DNA of 64,000 nucleotides. It comes from an uncultured bacterium (lineage in GTDB: Bacteria; Chloroflexota; UBA5177; JANWHV01). The stretch's first letter is position 1. Each line of letters begins with the position of its first letter. The position numbers and the translations under genes were made by a program. The notes below the pieces were generated by a model, which was not told the DNA's origin, ran no database searches, and worked only from the letters and a program-made list of their open reading frames with translations. Below, in pieces: positions 1-9,030 of the stretch. The stretch spans positions 1,216,001 to 1,280,000 of the forward strand of contig CAWHAE010000012.1 of NCBI GenBank assembly GCA_963827235.1. Direction: 5' to 3'.

Positions 1-732
1 CCGATCAATTACGGCATCAAGAAGGGCATCGTGATCATGACCTGGGACTCGGACTCGCCGAAGAGCAACCGCCCGGTGTTCTATGGTGTCGACGGCTACA
101 AGTGCGGCCAGCTCGAGTCCCAGATCGTGAACAAGTGGACCGGCACCAAGTCGGGCGACGTATGGGTGCTCAGCGGCGATCCCGGTGCCGACAACCTCAA
201 CCAGCGTGTGGCCGGCGTGAAGAACGCCTTGGCTCCGCGCCTCAAGATCGTCGAGACCGCCTACGCCAAGGGCGACTCCGCACAGATCTGCATCCAGGAC
301 ATCGAGCTCGCCGTCACCAAGTACCCGAGCCTCCTCGCCATGATCTGGGTAGGCGGCTGGCCGCTGTTCACCAACGCCACGCTGCCCAACCTGACCAAGG
401 CCACGAAGGCCGGCCTGAAGGTGGTCTCGTTCGACTACCTTGCGGCGGAGCTTCCGTGGGTAGCCAGGGGCCAGATCGGCGCCCTGGTCGGACAGGATTA
501 CTGGGGCTGGGGCTACCAGTCGGTCCAGATCATCCATGAGCTGCTGAAAGGCAAGAAGTTCAAGTCCTCCTTCATCCCACAGGCCAGTCCGGTGGTCACG
601 AAGGACAACCTGGCTCCCTACCAGAAGCTCTGGACGCTGGCCACGCCCGACAACTGGAAGAAGAACCCGGCAAGCGTCGCCAATGCCTTCGCTACGCTGC
701 TGGGGGGCGAAGCGCCCATCATGGGCAGCTGA
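1..732 (+). CDS. Sugar ABC transporter substrate-binding protein (RbsB/periplasmic binding protein type 1), 5'-partial
   Basis: Frame is open from base 1 (PINYGIKKGIVIMTWDSDSP...). Type-1 PBP features include 'TWDSD', 'NLNQRVAG', 'VVSFD' and 'LVGQDYWGWGYQSV'. Followed by a CUT2 ATPase. Confidence 0.88.
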   Translation, partial: PINYGIKKGIVIMTWDSDSPKSNRPVFYGVDGYKCGQLESQIVNKWTGTKSGDVWVLSGDPGADNLNQRVAGVKNALAPRLKIVETAYAKGDSAQICIQDIELAVTKYPSLLAMIWVGGWPLFTNATLPNLTKATKAGLKVVSFDYLAAELPWVARGQIGALVGQDYWGWGYQSVQIIHELLKGKKFKSSFIPQASPVVTKDNLAPYQKLWTLATPDNWKKNPASVANAFATLLGGEAPIMGS

Positions 733-895
733 TACTGATGTAGTCTAGTCTTGCGCGCGCTCGCACGGTGTGCGAGCGGCACTGGTTCCGCGAAGACTCG
801 CGGAACCAGTGCCGGCGCGAGGCGACCTTCGCTCCAGATCGGCCGCAGTCGAGTCGTGCGGAGCAGCCATAGCACAGCAGCAGAGGACCAGTTCG

Positions 896-1705
896 ATGCA
901 GCAGACGCAGGACGCATCGCCGACCCGGCAAGCCGTGGACGCGCCAGCGGCGACGCCGGTACTGGAGGCATACGGCATCAGCAAGGCCTTTGGACCGGTG
1001 AAGGCACTCGTCGGCGTCGACTTCAATCTGTGTCCTTCCGAGGTCGTGGGCATCGTGGGCGATAACGGCGCCGGCAAGTCCACGTTCATCAAGATTCTGG
1101 CCGGCGCCTTGACACCGGATGCCGGGCATGTCGCGGTCGACGGCCGGACGGTGGCGTTTCGCAATCCGCTCGATGCTCGCCGCGCCGGTATCGAGACGGT
1201 ATACCAGGATCTCGCCGTCGTGCCGCTGCTGGATATCGCTTCGAACCTCTTCCTTGGTCGCGAGGAGATCTATAGCGGCCCGTTTTCCGTCTTGCATGTT
1301 CTGAACAAGCGCGCCATGCGCCGCCATGCCATGGAAAACATCTCCGTCCTGAAGATCGGCATCAAGTCGGTCCGCCAAGCCGTGGGAACCTTGTCGGGCG
1401 GCCAGCGCCAGGGTGTTGCGGTGGCGCGCGCCGTGGCCTGGAGCCGCAAGATCGTCATCCTCGACGAGCCGACAGCCGCCTTGGGCGTCCAGGAATCGCG
1501 TGGAGTGCTCGAGCTGATCAAGCGCGTGCGGTCGCACGGCGTGGGCGTTATCCTTATCAGCCACAACATGCCGCACGTATTCGAAGTCACCGACCGGATC
1601 TTCGTGCTGCGCCATGGCGTTCATGTGGGCACCGTGCGCACGTCCGAGACCAGCTATGAACAGGTCGTGCGCCTGATCACCGGCGCCGAGGTCCATACGG
1701 CCTGA
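896..1705 (+). CDS. Sugar ABC transporter ATP-binding protein (single domain, CUT2 type)
   Basis: Walker A GDNGAGKST, 'GIETVYQD', signature LSGGQRQ, Walker B VILDEPTAALG, H-loop ISHN. ATG at 896 is preceded by GAGGA. Confidence 0.93.
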   Translation: MQQTQDASPTRQAVDAPAATPVLEAYGISKAFGPVKALVGVDFNLCPSEVVGIVGDNGAGKSTFIKILAGALTPDAGHVAVDGRTVAFRNPLDARRAGIETVYQDLAVVPLLDIASNLFLGREEIYSGPFSVLHVLNKRAMRRHAMENISVLKIGIKSVRQAVGTLSGGQRQGVAVARAVAWSRKIVILDEPTAALGVQESRGVLELIKRVRSHGVGVILISHNMPHVFEVTDRIFVLRHGVHVGTVRTSETSYEQVVRLITGAEVHTA

Positions 1706-1843
1706 GCGCGCTCGACGGCCAGGTCGGGCGGAAGTGCCTCTCCCGTTGGCGAGCAGACAGGCCTATACCGAAGCCACGATGGGATCTACATGAACGTGTG
1801 CTGACGACCGCACGACGCCTGCGGGTTTCACCGTGGCCTCACT

Positions 1844-3697
1844 TTAGGTTGCTGCCGCGAGGGGAAGCCTCAGCCTGAACACACTGCCGCCGGCGCCGGT
1901 CGTTTCCAGGACCAGGTCACCGCCCATCGCCTCGGCAAGCTGGCGGCTCAGGTACAGCCCCAGACCCGTGCCCACATGCCCGCTCCGGCTGCGACTGCCT
2001 TCCACGCGACCGAAGCGCTGGAACAACCGGTCGCGCCCGATCTCGGGCACGCCGGGCCCTGTATCCTTGACCCGCATCGCGGCCCAAACGGCCCTCCCAG
2101 AGTCGCCGGGTAGACCGTCTTGCTCCAGCTCCCAGGTGATGCGCACCGCCCTGCCACCCGGCGAATACTTCGCCGCGTTATCTGCCAGGTTCACCACGAT
2201 CTGCAGCACGCGATCGGCATCCGCCAGCACCGTCAGGTCCGATGGTCCGAACAGATCGACGTGAACGCCGCGATGATTGGCCTCGACTTCTTCCGCGGCA
2301 CGATGAATCTGCGTCGCCAGGTCGACGGCGGTGCGTGCCAGGCGCATAGGACCGCCCTCCAGCCGGCTGAGCAACAACAGATCCTGCACCAGCTTGAGCT
2401 GCCGGTTGGCGGAGAGGACGATGAGCCGCACGCGGTCGCGCCGCTGCGCATCCGGCAGGCTGTCCCAACGCCCCTCCAGCAGCTCGCCGTAGCCGATGAT
2501 CGCGGTCAGTGGGCTGCGCAGCTCATGGCTCACCGTGGCGACGAACTCGTTGCGCAGCTCGGCCAGCTCGGTCGCGGCGCGCGCGTGCTCGAGCTCGGCC
2601 TGCAGCAGCCGCTTCTGCTCCCCGACGTCTTGCAGCAGAAGCAGCAAGTGCGGTGCATCCTGACTGGTGAAGGAGACGGCGGTAGCCTGCACCCAACGAT
2701 CCTGCCCAAAGGTGGTGATCAGGTGCAGCTCCTTGCTGTGCACGCGGCCACTGCTCAGCGCCGCCACGGCCAGATCGTAAAGACCCGACTCCCGCCATGA
2801 GTGGAGCTTGCGGAAATCCAGCGTGGTCAGAACGTCCGCGGGCGCGCCGACCAGGGCCTCGGCTGCCGGATTCGCCAGCACGCAGGAGCCACTCGCCTGG
2901 TAGGCAAGAATGCCGACCGGTGACACGGAGATGATACGCTCGTTCAGGGCCAGCGCTTCCGCCAGGCGTCTTTCCCTCAGCTTCCGGTCCGTGATGTCGT
3001 GCAGGAATATCAGGAAGCTGTCACTCGATGCCACGTATGTGGCACTCACCTCCACATCGAGGATACGGCGATCTCCGGTCCGCAGCTGCGTTTCGAAGCG
3101 CTGGTAGCCACGTTGCGTGATGACGGCGAGGCGCCGGCGCGTCTCCTCCGGCGATTCCTGTGCTTCCAGGTCGGACACGCGCATCCGAAGCAGGCCCTGC
3201 GGCGCGTAGCTCAGCATGACCGCAAACTGGTCGTTTACTTCCAGCAGGTGCCCCTCCCGGTCAAGCACGACGACGCCATCCAACGTGGCAGCCATCACGC
3301 CGCGCAGCTTCTCCGCTGCCTCAGCGAGATCTCGCTCGGCCCGGCGAAGCTCGGTGGCATCATGGACGACCGAGGCCAGCAGTCGCCGGCGGCCGACCAC
3401 TATAGGACTGGAGTAGACGTCCACGTCGCGCAGGGCGCCGGACGCCACGCGGTGGACGAAGCGAAAGTAGTTGGCACGCCGTCCCTGGGCGCGTTCCATC
3501 TCCTTCGCCAGTGCGCCGGCATCGAGAAGATTGAGATCGTTGACTAGCATTGTCTTTAGCTGCTCGACCGTATACCCATAGAAGGCAGCGGCAGCCGGGT
3601 TGGCATCGACAATCCGTCCGCCCGCGGGATCGATGATCAGCATGACGGACATGGTTGCCTCGAAGAAGGCTCCGTAGCGCGCGGCACGCTTGCTCAT
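1844..3697 (-). CDS. Cytoplasmic PAS-PAS-PAS sensor histidine kinase
   Basis: Three PAS-like segments (DANPAA..FYGY; EVNDQF..MLSY; LANPAA), H-box SHELRSPL, N-box NLADNAAKYS, G1 VKDTGPGV, G2 GTGLGL. No TM helix. Confidence 0.93.
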   Translation of the reverse strand: MSKRAARYGAFFEATMSVMLIIDPAGGRIVDANPAAAAFYGYTVEQLKTMLVNDLNLLDAGALAKEMERAQGRRANYFRFVHRVASGALRDVDVYSSPIVVGRRRLLASVVHDATELRRAERDLAEAAEKLRGVMAATLDGVVVLDREGHLLEVNDQFAVMLSYAPQGLLRMRVSDLEAQESPEETRRRLAVITQRGYQRFETQLRTGDRRILDVEVSATYVASSDSFLIFLHDITDRKLRERRLAEALALNERIISVSPVGILAYQASGSCVLANPAAEALVGAPADVLTTLDFRKLHSWRESGLYDLAVAALSSGRVHSKELHLITTFGQDRWVQATAVSFTSQDAPHLLLLLQDVGEQKRLLQAELEHARAATELAELRNEFVATVSHELRSPLTAIIGYGELLEGRWDSLPDAQRRDRVRLIVLSANRQLKLVQDLLLLSRLEGGPMRLARTAVDLATQIHRAAEEVEANHRGVHVDLFGPSDLTVLADADRVLQIVVNLADNAAKYSPGGRAVRITWELEQDGLPGDSGRAVWAAMRVKDTGPGVPEIGRDRLFQRFGRVEGSRSRSGHVGTGLGLYLSRQLAEAMGGDLVLETTGAGGSVFRLRLPLAAAT

Positions 3698-4029
3698 GCA
3701 GGTCCTGCCTCATCATGCGGACGCAGCCTTACAACTCTATGCACCAACGTGCCGATCTCTGCAGCAGATGTCAAGGAGCGCGCGGCTCAGACGAGGCGCA
3801 GGTCATTCGTCTGCTCGATCGCCTCGCAGCCGGTGACACGCTCGGTCGGCTCTTGAGCGCCGGCGAACGACGCTGCGCGTGCATCCGGGGGGCCGCGAAG
3901 CCGACGGCAGAGGCTGAGCTCGTCAGGTGTGGGGTCTACCTGCGCCGACTGTTGGGGGATTGTGACCTTTGCAACCGCTGTCTACGATGACGGAGCGCAC
4001 AACTGGATCAGGGAGCATTATTGGGTACG

Positions 4030-6261
4030 ATGGCAGAAGGCTATCTCACCAGCAGCCAGGCGGCCCGGATCCTCGGTGTTTCCAGGCGGGCGGTGCTCCA
4101 CGCGGTGGCGGCGGGCAAGCTCTGTCCAGCCTGCCGGATGCCCGGCGGCGCGCTCCGTTTCGCGAGTGCCGACGTCGAGCACTACGCTCAGTGGCGGACT
4201 CTGGAGCGGCAGAAGCGCGTGCGGGCACGGCGCGTCGCCGGCGAGCCGGTACGTCTGCGCGATGCCGCCGACGCGGAGACCCGTTTCCACGCCACGGTGC
4301 TCGGCGCCGTGGGCCAGACAGTACTCGCCATGGACGTGGACCGCGCCATCACCTACTGGAACCGCGCCGCGGAGGCAATGTTTGGGTGGGAAGCCGCCGA
4401 AGTGCTGGGCCGCGGCATCGCCGAGGTGACCCAAACCTCGGCGTCTGCCGAGGACACGGCCCGCGTCATGTCCGTGTTGGCACGGGGAGAGACCTGGTCG
4501 GGTGAGCTCGAAGTCAGTCGCCGGGACGGCACCGTGTTCCCTGCCCTCGTGACTGCCACGCCGATCGTCGATCCCGCCGGCAAGCTGGGAGGCATCGTCG
4601 TCATATCGGTGGACCTGACGGCGAGGCGGCAAGCGGACGAGCGCCTGCGGCAGAGCGAGCAGGACTTCCGCTTGCTGGCAGAGAACTCCTCCGACTTGAT
4701 CACGCGGCTCACCCCGGACCTGGTCGTGATCTATGCTTCGCCTTCCGCCCGCCAGGTGCTGGGATTCGATCCCGAAGAGCTCAAGGGACGGCCGATCAGG
4801 GAAGTCATCCATGAGGACGATTGGGATGCCGTCGCGCAGACGGCAGAGCGGGCGCTCGCTCAGCCGGTAAGTGAATCCGTCGCCTACCGGCATTTGCGCG
4901 CCGACGGCACGTACGTATGGGTGGAGACGACCGGCCGAGCCAAGCGCGATGAGCGGACAGGCCAGGTGCTCGAGATCCAGGCGGACACGCGCGACATCTC
5001 GGCGCGCAAGCGTGCCGAGGACTTACTGCGTGATCTGGCCCATGAGCGCCTCGGTCAAGCCCGCGTAGCCGAAGCGCTTTCCGAGGCCAGCGCCGCTCTG
5101 GCTGCCGTCGCGGAGCCGGCGAGCCTTCACGGGTCCATCCTGGGGCAGATGGCACGCGTTGTGCCCTGTAGCTCGGCACACGTCCTCGCCTACCGCGACG
5201 GCTGGGCCGTGGTGGTGGGCGCCCATGGCGAGCCACACCTCCCATCCGGATACAGGATGGGACCTCTCGCCGGGATCGAGGGCTTCTTCCCGCGCTCCGC
5301 GGAGCACGCGCGACTGCTGAGCGAGACGCGCGACGCTGCAGGCTGGCCCAGTCTGCCGCCCTGGGTGGGCGAGAACGAGCTGCGCAGTGCCATCGTCGTG
5401 CCGTTGATCGTGCAGGGAGAGACCTACGGCTGCCTCCTGGTCGGCAGCACCACACCCGGAGTCTTGGGTCCGCGCGAGTTCCAGGTCGTACGCGCCTTTT
5501 CAGAGCGGATAGTACAGGCCGTCTGGAACGCGCGGCTGCAGCAGTTGGAGCAGGATCGAACACGTGCTACCCAATACCTGGATTCGTTGCGCAGCGAGTT
5601 CGTGGCCATAGTGAGCCACGAGCTGCGCACGCCGCTCGCCGCCGTGCTGGGCTTCGCCGAAGTGCTGGAGGCTCGCTGGACGCAGCTCACCGACGCCCAA
5701 CGAAGGCTGCACGTGCAGCGGATCGTCATGGCAGCCAACCGGCAGCAGCGGCTGATCGACGATATACTGCGAATGAGCGCACTTGAGTCCGAGTCGTTTG
5801 CCGCCGTGTCTCGAGAAGTACCGCTGCTGGAGGTCGTAAGCCGCGCCATGGACGTGGTGAATGCCAGCTACCCCAGCCAGCGCATCGAGGCCGACGGGCC
5901 GCTTGACCTGGCGGTGGCGGCCGATCCCACACACCTAGAGCAGGTACTGGTCAATCTGCTGGATAACGCGGCCAAGTACTCTCCAGAAGGCAGCCCGATC
6001 GAGGTGCACTGGGTCCGGGACGGCGGGATGGCGGTCATCCGGGTGTATGATCACGGGCCCGGCATCCCAGAGCAAGGACGCGGTGTCCTCTTCTCGCGCT
6101 TTGGCAGGCTGCCGGGCAGCCGAGCCCGGGCCGGTCACGTGGGCATGGGCCTCGGCCTGTTTCTGGGCCGTAAGTACGCGGAAGCCATGGGCGGTAGCCT
6201 CGACCTGGAGTCGTCGGATGAGAGCGGCAGCGTTTTCGGCCTGCGGTTGCGCCTGGCTTAG
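4030..6261 (+). CDS. Histidine kinase with N-terminal MerR/excisionase-like HTH (HTH_17), PAS-PAS-GAF-HisKA-HATPase
   Basis: N-terminus YLTSSQAARILGVSRRAV...GKL..RMPGGALRF. PAS motifs YWNRAAEAMFGW and YASPS..LGF..IHEDD. GAF 'RSAIVVPLIVQGETYGCL'. H-box SHELRTPL, NLLDNAAKYS, DHGPGI, GMGLGL. Confidence 0.9.
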   Translation: MAEGYLTSSQAARILGVSRRAVLHAVAAGKLCPACRMPGGALRFASADVEHYAQWRTLERQKRVRARRVAGEPVRLRDAADAETRFHATVLGAVGQTVLAMDVDRAITYWNRAAEAMFGWEAAEVLGRGIAEVTQTSASAEDTARVMSVLARGETWSGELEVSRRDGTVFPALVTATPIVDPAGKLGGIVVISVDLTARRQADERLRQSEQDFRLLAENSSDLITRLTPDLVVIYASPSARQVLGFDPEELKGRPIREVIHEDDWDAVAQTAERALAQPVSESVAYRHLRADGTYVWVETTGRAKRDERTGQVLEIQADTRDISARKRAEDLLRDLAHERLGQARVAEALSEASAALAAVAEPASLHGSILGQMARVVPCSSAHVLAYRDGWAVVVGAHGEPHLPSGYRMGPLAGIEGFFPRSAEHARLLSETRDAAGWPSLPPWVGENELRSAIVVPLIVQGETYGCLLVGSTTPGVLGPREFQVVRAFSERIVQAVWNARLQQLEQDRTRATQYLDSLRSEFVAIVSHELRTPLAAVLGFAEVLEARWTQLTDAQRRLHVQRIVMAANRQQRLIDDILRMSALESESFAAVSREVPLLEVVSRAMDVVNASYPSQRIEADGPLDLAVAADPTHLEQVLVNLLDNAAKYSPEGSPIEVHWVRDGGMAVIRVYDHGPGIPEQGRGVLFSRFGRLPGSRARAGHVGMGLGLFLGRKYAEAMGGSLDLESSDESGSVFGLRLRLA

Positions 6262-6279
6262 CCACTTCCTGGGCACAAA

Positions 6280-6305
6280 TGGTATACTCTTTGCAAGTAT
6301 GTCAT
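6280..6305 (+). promoter_or_regulatory. Extended -10 (TGgTATACT) upstream of the GntR gene, overlapped by a candidate operator
   Basis: TATACTCTTTGCA (6283-6295) is the exact reverse complement of TGCAAAGAGTATA at 7835-7847. AT-rich patch in GC-rich DNA. Confidence 0.6.
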
Positions 6306-6321
6306 ATCATGTGTGGCTCCG

Positions 6322-7557
6322 ATGAAAGTCCCGCTCTACGCGCAACTGTATACTCACCTGATCGATGACATCAGGTCCGGGCGATTGCGGCCCGGCGACC
6401 GCGTGGCGACAGAAAAGCAGCTCGCCGCGCAATTCGGCGTCAGCCGGATCACGTCAAAGCGGGCGCTCGAGGAGCTGGTGCGGCTCAGGGTGGTCGAGCG
6501 GACGCGCGGCAAAGGCTCGTTCGTCGCGGCTACGCTACCCGATCTCGACCGGCTGAATCTGTCCGGCGGCGACGAGGCCTTACCGTCCCGGGGAGGAAGC
6601 ACCAAGACCGCTACAGTGTGCCTGGTCATGCCCGATTTCAGTGATGCCTACGGCGTGGCGTTGCTGCACGCCGTCGAGGCCCGCGTCTCTTCCCAGAACG
6701 CACTCCTCGTGCTCAAACGCACGTACGGAGAGCGCGAACAGGAGCAGGCGGCGATCCGCCGGTTCGTCGAGAGCGGTGGCGATGGGCTGATGGTCATGCC
6801 GGTGCACGGGGAGTTCTACAACGAGCAGCTGCTGCGCCTCGTGGTGGAGTCGTTCCCCCTCGTCATGGTCGACCGCTACCTGAAGGGCATCGCGACCTGC
6901 GCCGTGTACACCGACAACAGGCAGGCGGCGTACGAGCTTACCACGCATCTGCTGACCCGCGGGCACGAGCACCTGGCTTTTCTGTCCCCTCCCCTCGAGG
7001 GCACGTCCAGCATCGAGGAACGGTTCGACGGCTTCAGTGCCGCCTGTGCCGAGCACGGCATCGCGCCGCGCTCGCAGTACAAGCTGACCAGTCTGCTGAG
7101 CACTCTCCCGCGAGCCTTCCACGGCGAGAAGATTCTCACCGACGAAGAGAAGCTGCGCACCTTTATGGTGGAAAACCCCCAGATTACCGCGTTCCTGGCA
7201 GAAGAATACAACATCGCCTTGATCCTCGCCCAGGTACTGGCTTCGCTGGGCAAGCACGTGCCCGCCGACTGCTCGGTCGTATGCTTTGACTCACCCGAGG
7301 ATCCGTTTGGACCGCCGGCGTTCACCCACATCGAGCAGGACGAATCGACCATGGGAGAGATGGCCGTGGATCTGTTGATGGCGCAGCTTCGCGGCGAGCC
7401 GGTGCCGCCCCGCACGATGGTGCCGTTCCGCCTGGTGGAAGGGCGCTCGACGCGCCATGCCGGGCATAGCCTCGATCCCGGCCTTGCGGCGACCGCCGGT
7501 TCGACGCTCACCGGCTTCCCTGCGCTGACCGTCGCCGCCAAGAGTTCCTCGGCCTGA
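6322..7557 (+). CDS. GntR-family regulator with LacI-type sugar-binding domain (AraR-like)
   Basis: GntR HTH 'PLYAQLY...PGDRVATEKQLAAQFGVSRITSKRALEEL...RGKGSFV'. C-terminal PBP-like 'PLVMVDRY', 'TDNRQAAY', 'SVVCFD'. Confidence 0.92.
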   Translation: MKVPLYAQLYTHLIDDIRSGRLRPGDRVATEKQLAAQFGVSRITSKRALEELVRLRVVERTRGKGSFVAATLPDLDRLNLSGGDEALPSRGGSTKTATVCLVMPDFSDAYGVALLHAVEARVSSQNALLVLKRTYGEREQEQAAIRRFVESGGDGLMVMPVHGEFYNEQLLRLVVESFPLVMVDRYLKGIATCAVYTDNRQAAYELTTHLLTRGHEHLAFLSPPLEGTSSIEERFDGFSAACAEHGIAPRSQYKLTSLLSTLPRAFHGEKILTDEEKLRTFMVENPQITAFLAEEYNIALILAQVLASLGKHVPADCSVVCFDSPEDPFGPPAFTHIEQDESTMGEMAVDLLMAQLRGEPVPPRTMVPFRLVEGRSTRHAGHSLDPGLAATAGSTLTGFPALTVAAKSSSA

Positions 7558-7819
7558 CTCCGTGGTCGCGCGCGTCCTCGCGCAGAGGTCGCGTGGAAGC
7601 AGACGCGCAGACCATGGGAGCACGATCGTTCTCATTGCCGGCGCCGGCCCGGCGGGCCGCGTCGGTGCATGCGCATGAGGTGCCGACCGCGCTGACCAGG
7701 CGTCGCTTCCTTCCACCACCCCCACGGCGCGCGCATGACCGGAGGCAGCCGTCAGTCAGCTCACGCGCCGAGCACATATCCTGCCGGCCACGAGTATGTG
7801 TTTTCGAGATCAAGATATA

Positions 7820-7849
7820 TTGACATGCTATATATGCAAAGAGTATAGT
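7820..7849 (+). promoter_or_regulatory. Sigma70-type promoter TTGACA-N18-TATAGT for the ABC/GH125/GH38 operon, overlapping the candidate GntR operator
   Basis: TTGACA at 7820-7825 and TATAGT at 7844-7849. Shares TGACAT(A/G)CT and TGCAAAGAGTATA with the 6283-6304 site. Confidence 0.7.
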
Positions 7850-7972
7850 TGGTCGCGTGAATCCCTAAGGCATCGCGCAAGGCACACGACCGCGCGGGCC
7901 GCGGACGGCCGGAGGACCCGGCGCGGCAGCCCGCCGACGATGGTGATGGCAAGTGGGCGAGGGAGACCAACC

Positions 7973-8971
7973 TTGGCGAAGATGCATACGTCGCACTCCG
8001 GCATCGTCCTGGCAGGCTCTCCCGGGCAAGGCGCCCCCCGGCGCCGCATCTGGCGCCGCCGCGAAACACTGATCGGCTATCTGTTTGTCCTGCCTTCAAT
8101 CATTGGCCTTACCTGCTTCGTCCTCTATCCCCTGGTTGCGGCGGCCTATCTTTCGTTCACAAACTGGACAGTCTCCACCGATCCTGTGTTCGTCGGTCTC
8201 GACAACTTCCGCACGATGTTCCAGCAAGACCAGTCGTTCTGGCCGTCCCTGCGGGCCACCGGGATTTACACTTTGCTGACCGTGACCGGGACGCTTATCC
8301 TCGGGCTGCTGGTGGCCACCCTGGTCAACCGCGATGTCCCCGGCATCAAGCTGTACCGCACGCTGCTCTATCTGCCCGCCATCGTGCCCGTGGTGGCGAC
8401 CATGGAGCTGTGGAAGCTGATCTATGACCCTCAGATCGGCCTTGCCAACCAGCTGCTGGACGATCTGCACCTGCCTACCAGCCTCTGGATGGGAAGCTAC
8501 GTGATGGCCATGCCGGCCATGGTCGTGGTCAACCTGTGGGGCGTGGGCGCCACCATGATTATCTTCCTGGCCGGTCTGCAGGCCGTGCCCGAGCAGCTCT
8601 ACGAGGCGGCACGCATCGATGGCGCCGGACGGCCGTCTATCTTCTTCCACCTCACACTGCCTATGATCTCGCCCATTCTGTTCCTGCAACTGGTCACCCA
8701 GTCCATTGCCGCCCTCCAGGCGTTCACACAGCCCGCGCTGCTCAGCGTGCCGCAAACGACCGGCAGCGGGGTGCTGGGAGGTCCCGGATTCACCACGAAC
8801 CTCTTCATGTACAGCATTTACTCGAACGGCTTCGGCGGCCTCGACGCGGTGCCGCAGATGGGCTATGCGGTAGCACAGGTGTGGGTGTTGTTTGCCATCA
8901 TCCTGGCGTTTACCGTCGTCCTGTTCCGCGTCTCCTCATTCTGGGTATTTGCGGAAAGCAGCCTCGATTAG
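7973..8971 (+). CDS. Carbohydrate ABC transporter permease (CUT1, MalF-like)
   Basis: 'GYLFVLPSIIG', 'FVGLDNF', EAA motif LYEAARIDGA. TTG start chosen after GGGAGA; ATG at 7982 is an alternative. Confidence 0.92.
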   Translation: MAKMHTSHSGIVLAGSPGQGAPRRRIWRRRETLIGYLFVLPSIIGLTCFVLYPLVAAAYLSFTNWTVSTDPVFVGLDNFRTMFQQDQSFWPSLRATGIYTLLTVTGTLILGLLVATLVNRDVPGIKLYRTLLYLPAIVPVVATMELWKLIYDPQIGLANQLLDDLHLPTSLWMGSYVMAMPAMVVVNLWGVGATMIIFLAGLQAVPEQLYEAARIDGAGRPSIFFHLTLPMISPILFLQLVTQSIAALQAFTQPALLSVPQTTGSGVLGGPGFTTNLFMYSIYSNGFGGLDAVPQMGYAVAQVWVLFAIILAFTVVLFRVSSFWVFAESSLD

Positions 8972-9030
8972 CGTTGCCGAACATGGTCACATGCACTCGC
9001 ACCCGATGAAGGGTTGGGGAGAAAGTCGAC

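Noticed and set aside
3797-3945. Possible c-di-GMP-I riboswitch between the kinases (GGCGAAC…GGCCGCGAAGCC, with an 8-bp GCGCAGGT/ACCTGCGC inverted repeat)
   Set aside because: No GNRA-capped P2 stem or receptor, and the spacing is wrong. Short IRs are expected at this GC content.
7619-7678. Rossmann-like peptide STIVLIAGAGPAG in intergenic DNA
   Set aside because: Only ~19 codons with no start or continuation. Cannot be distinguished from chance.
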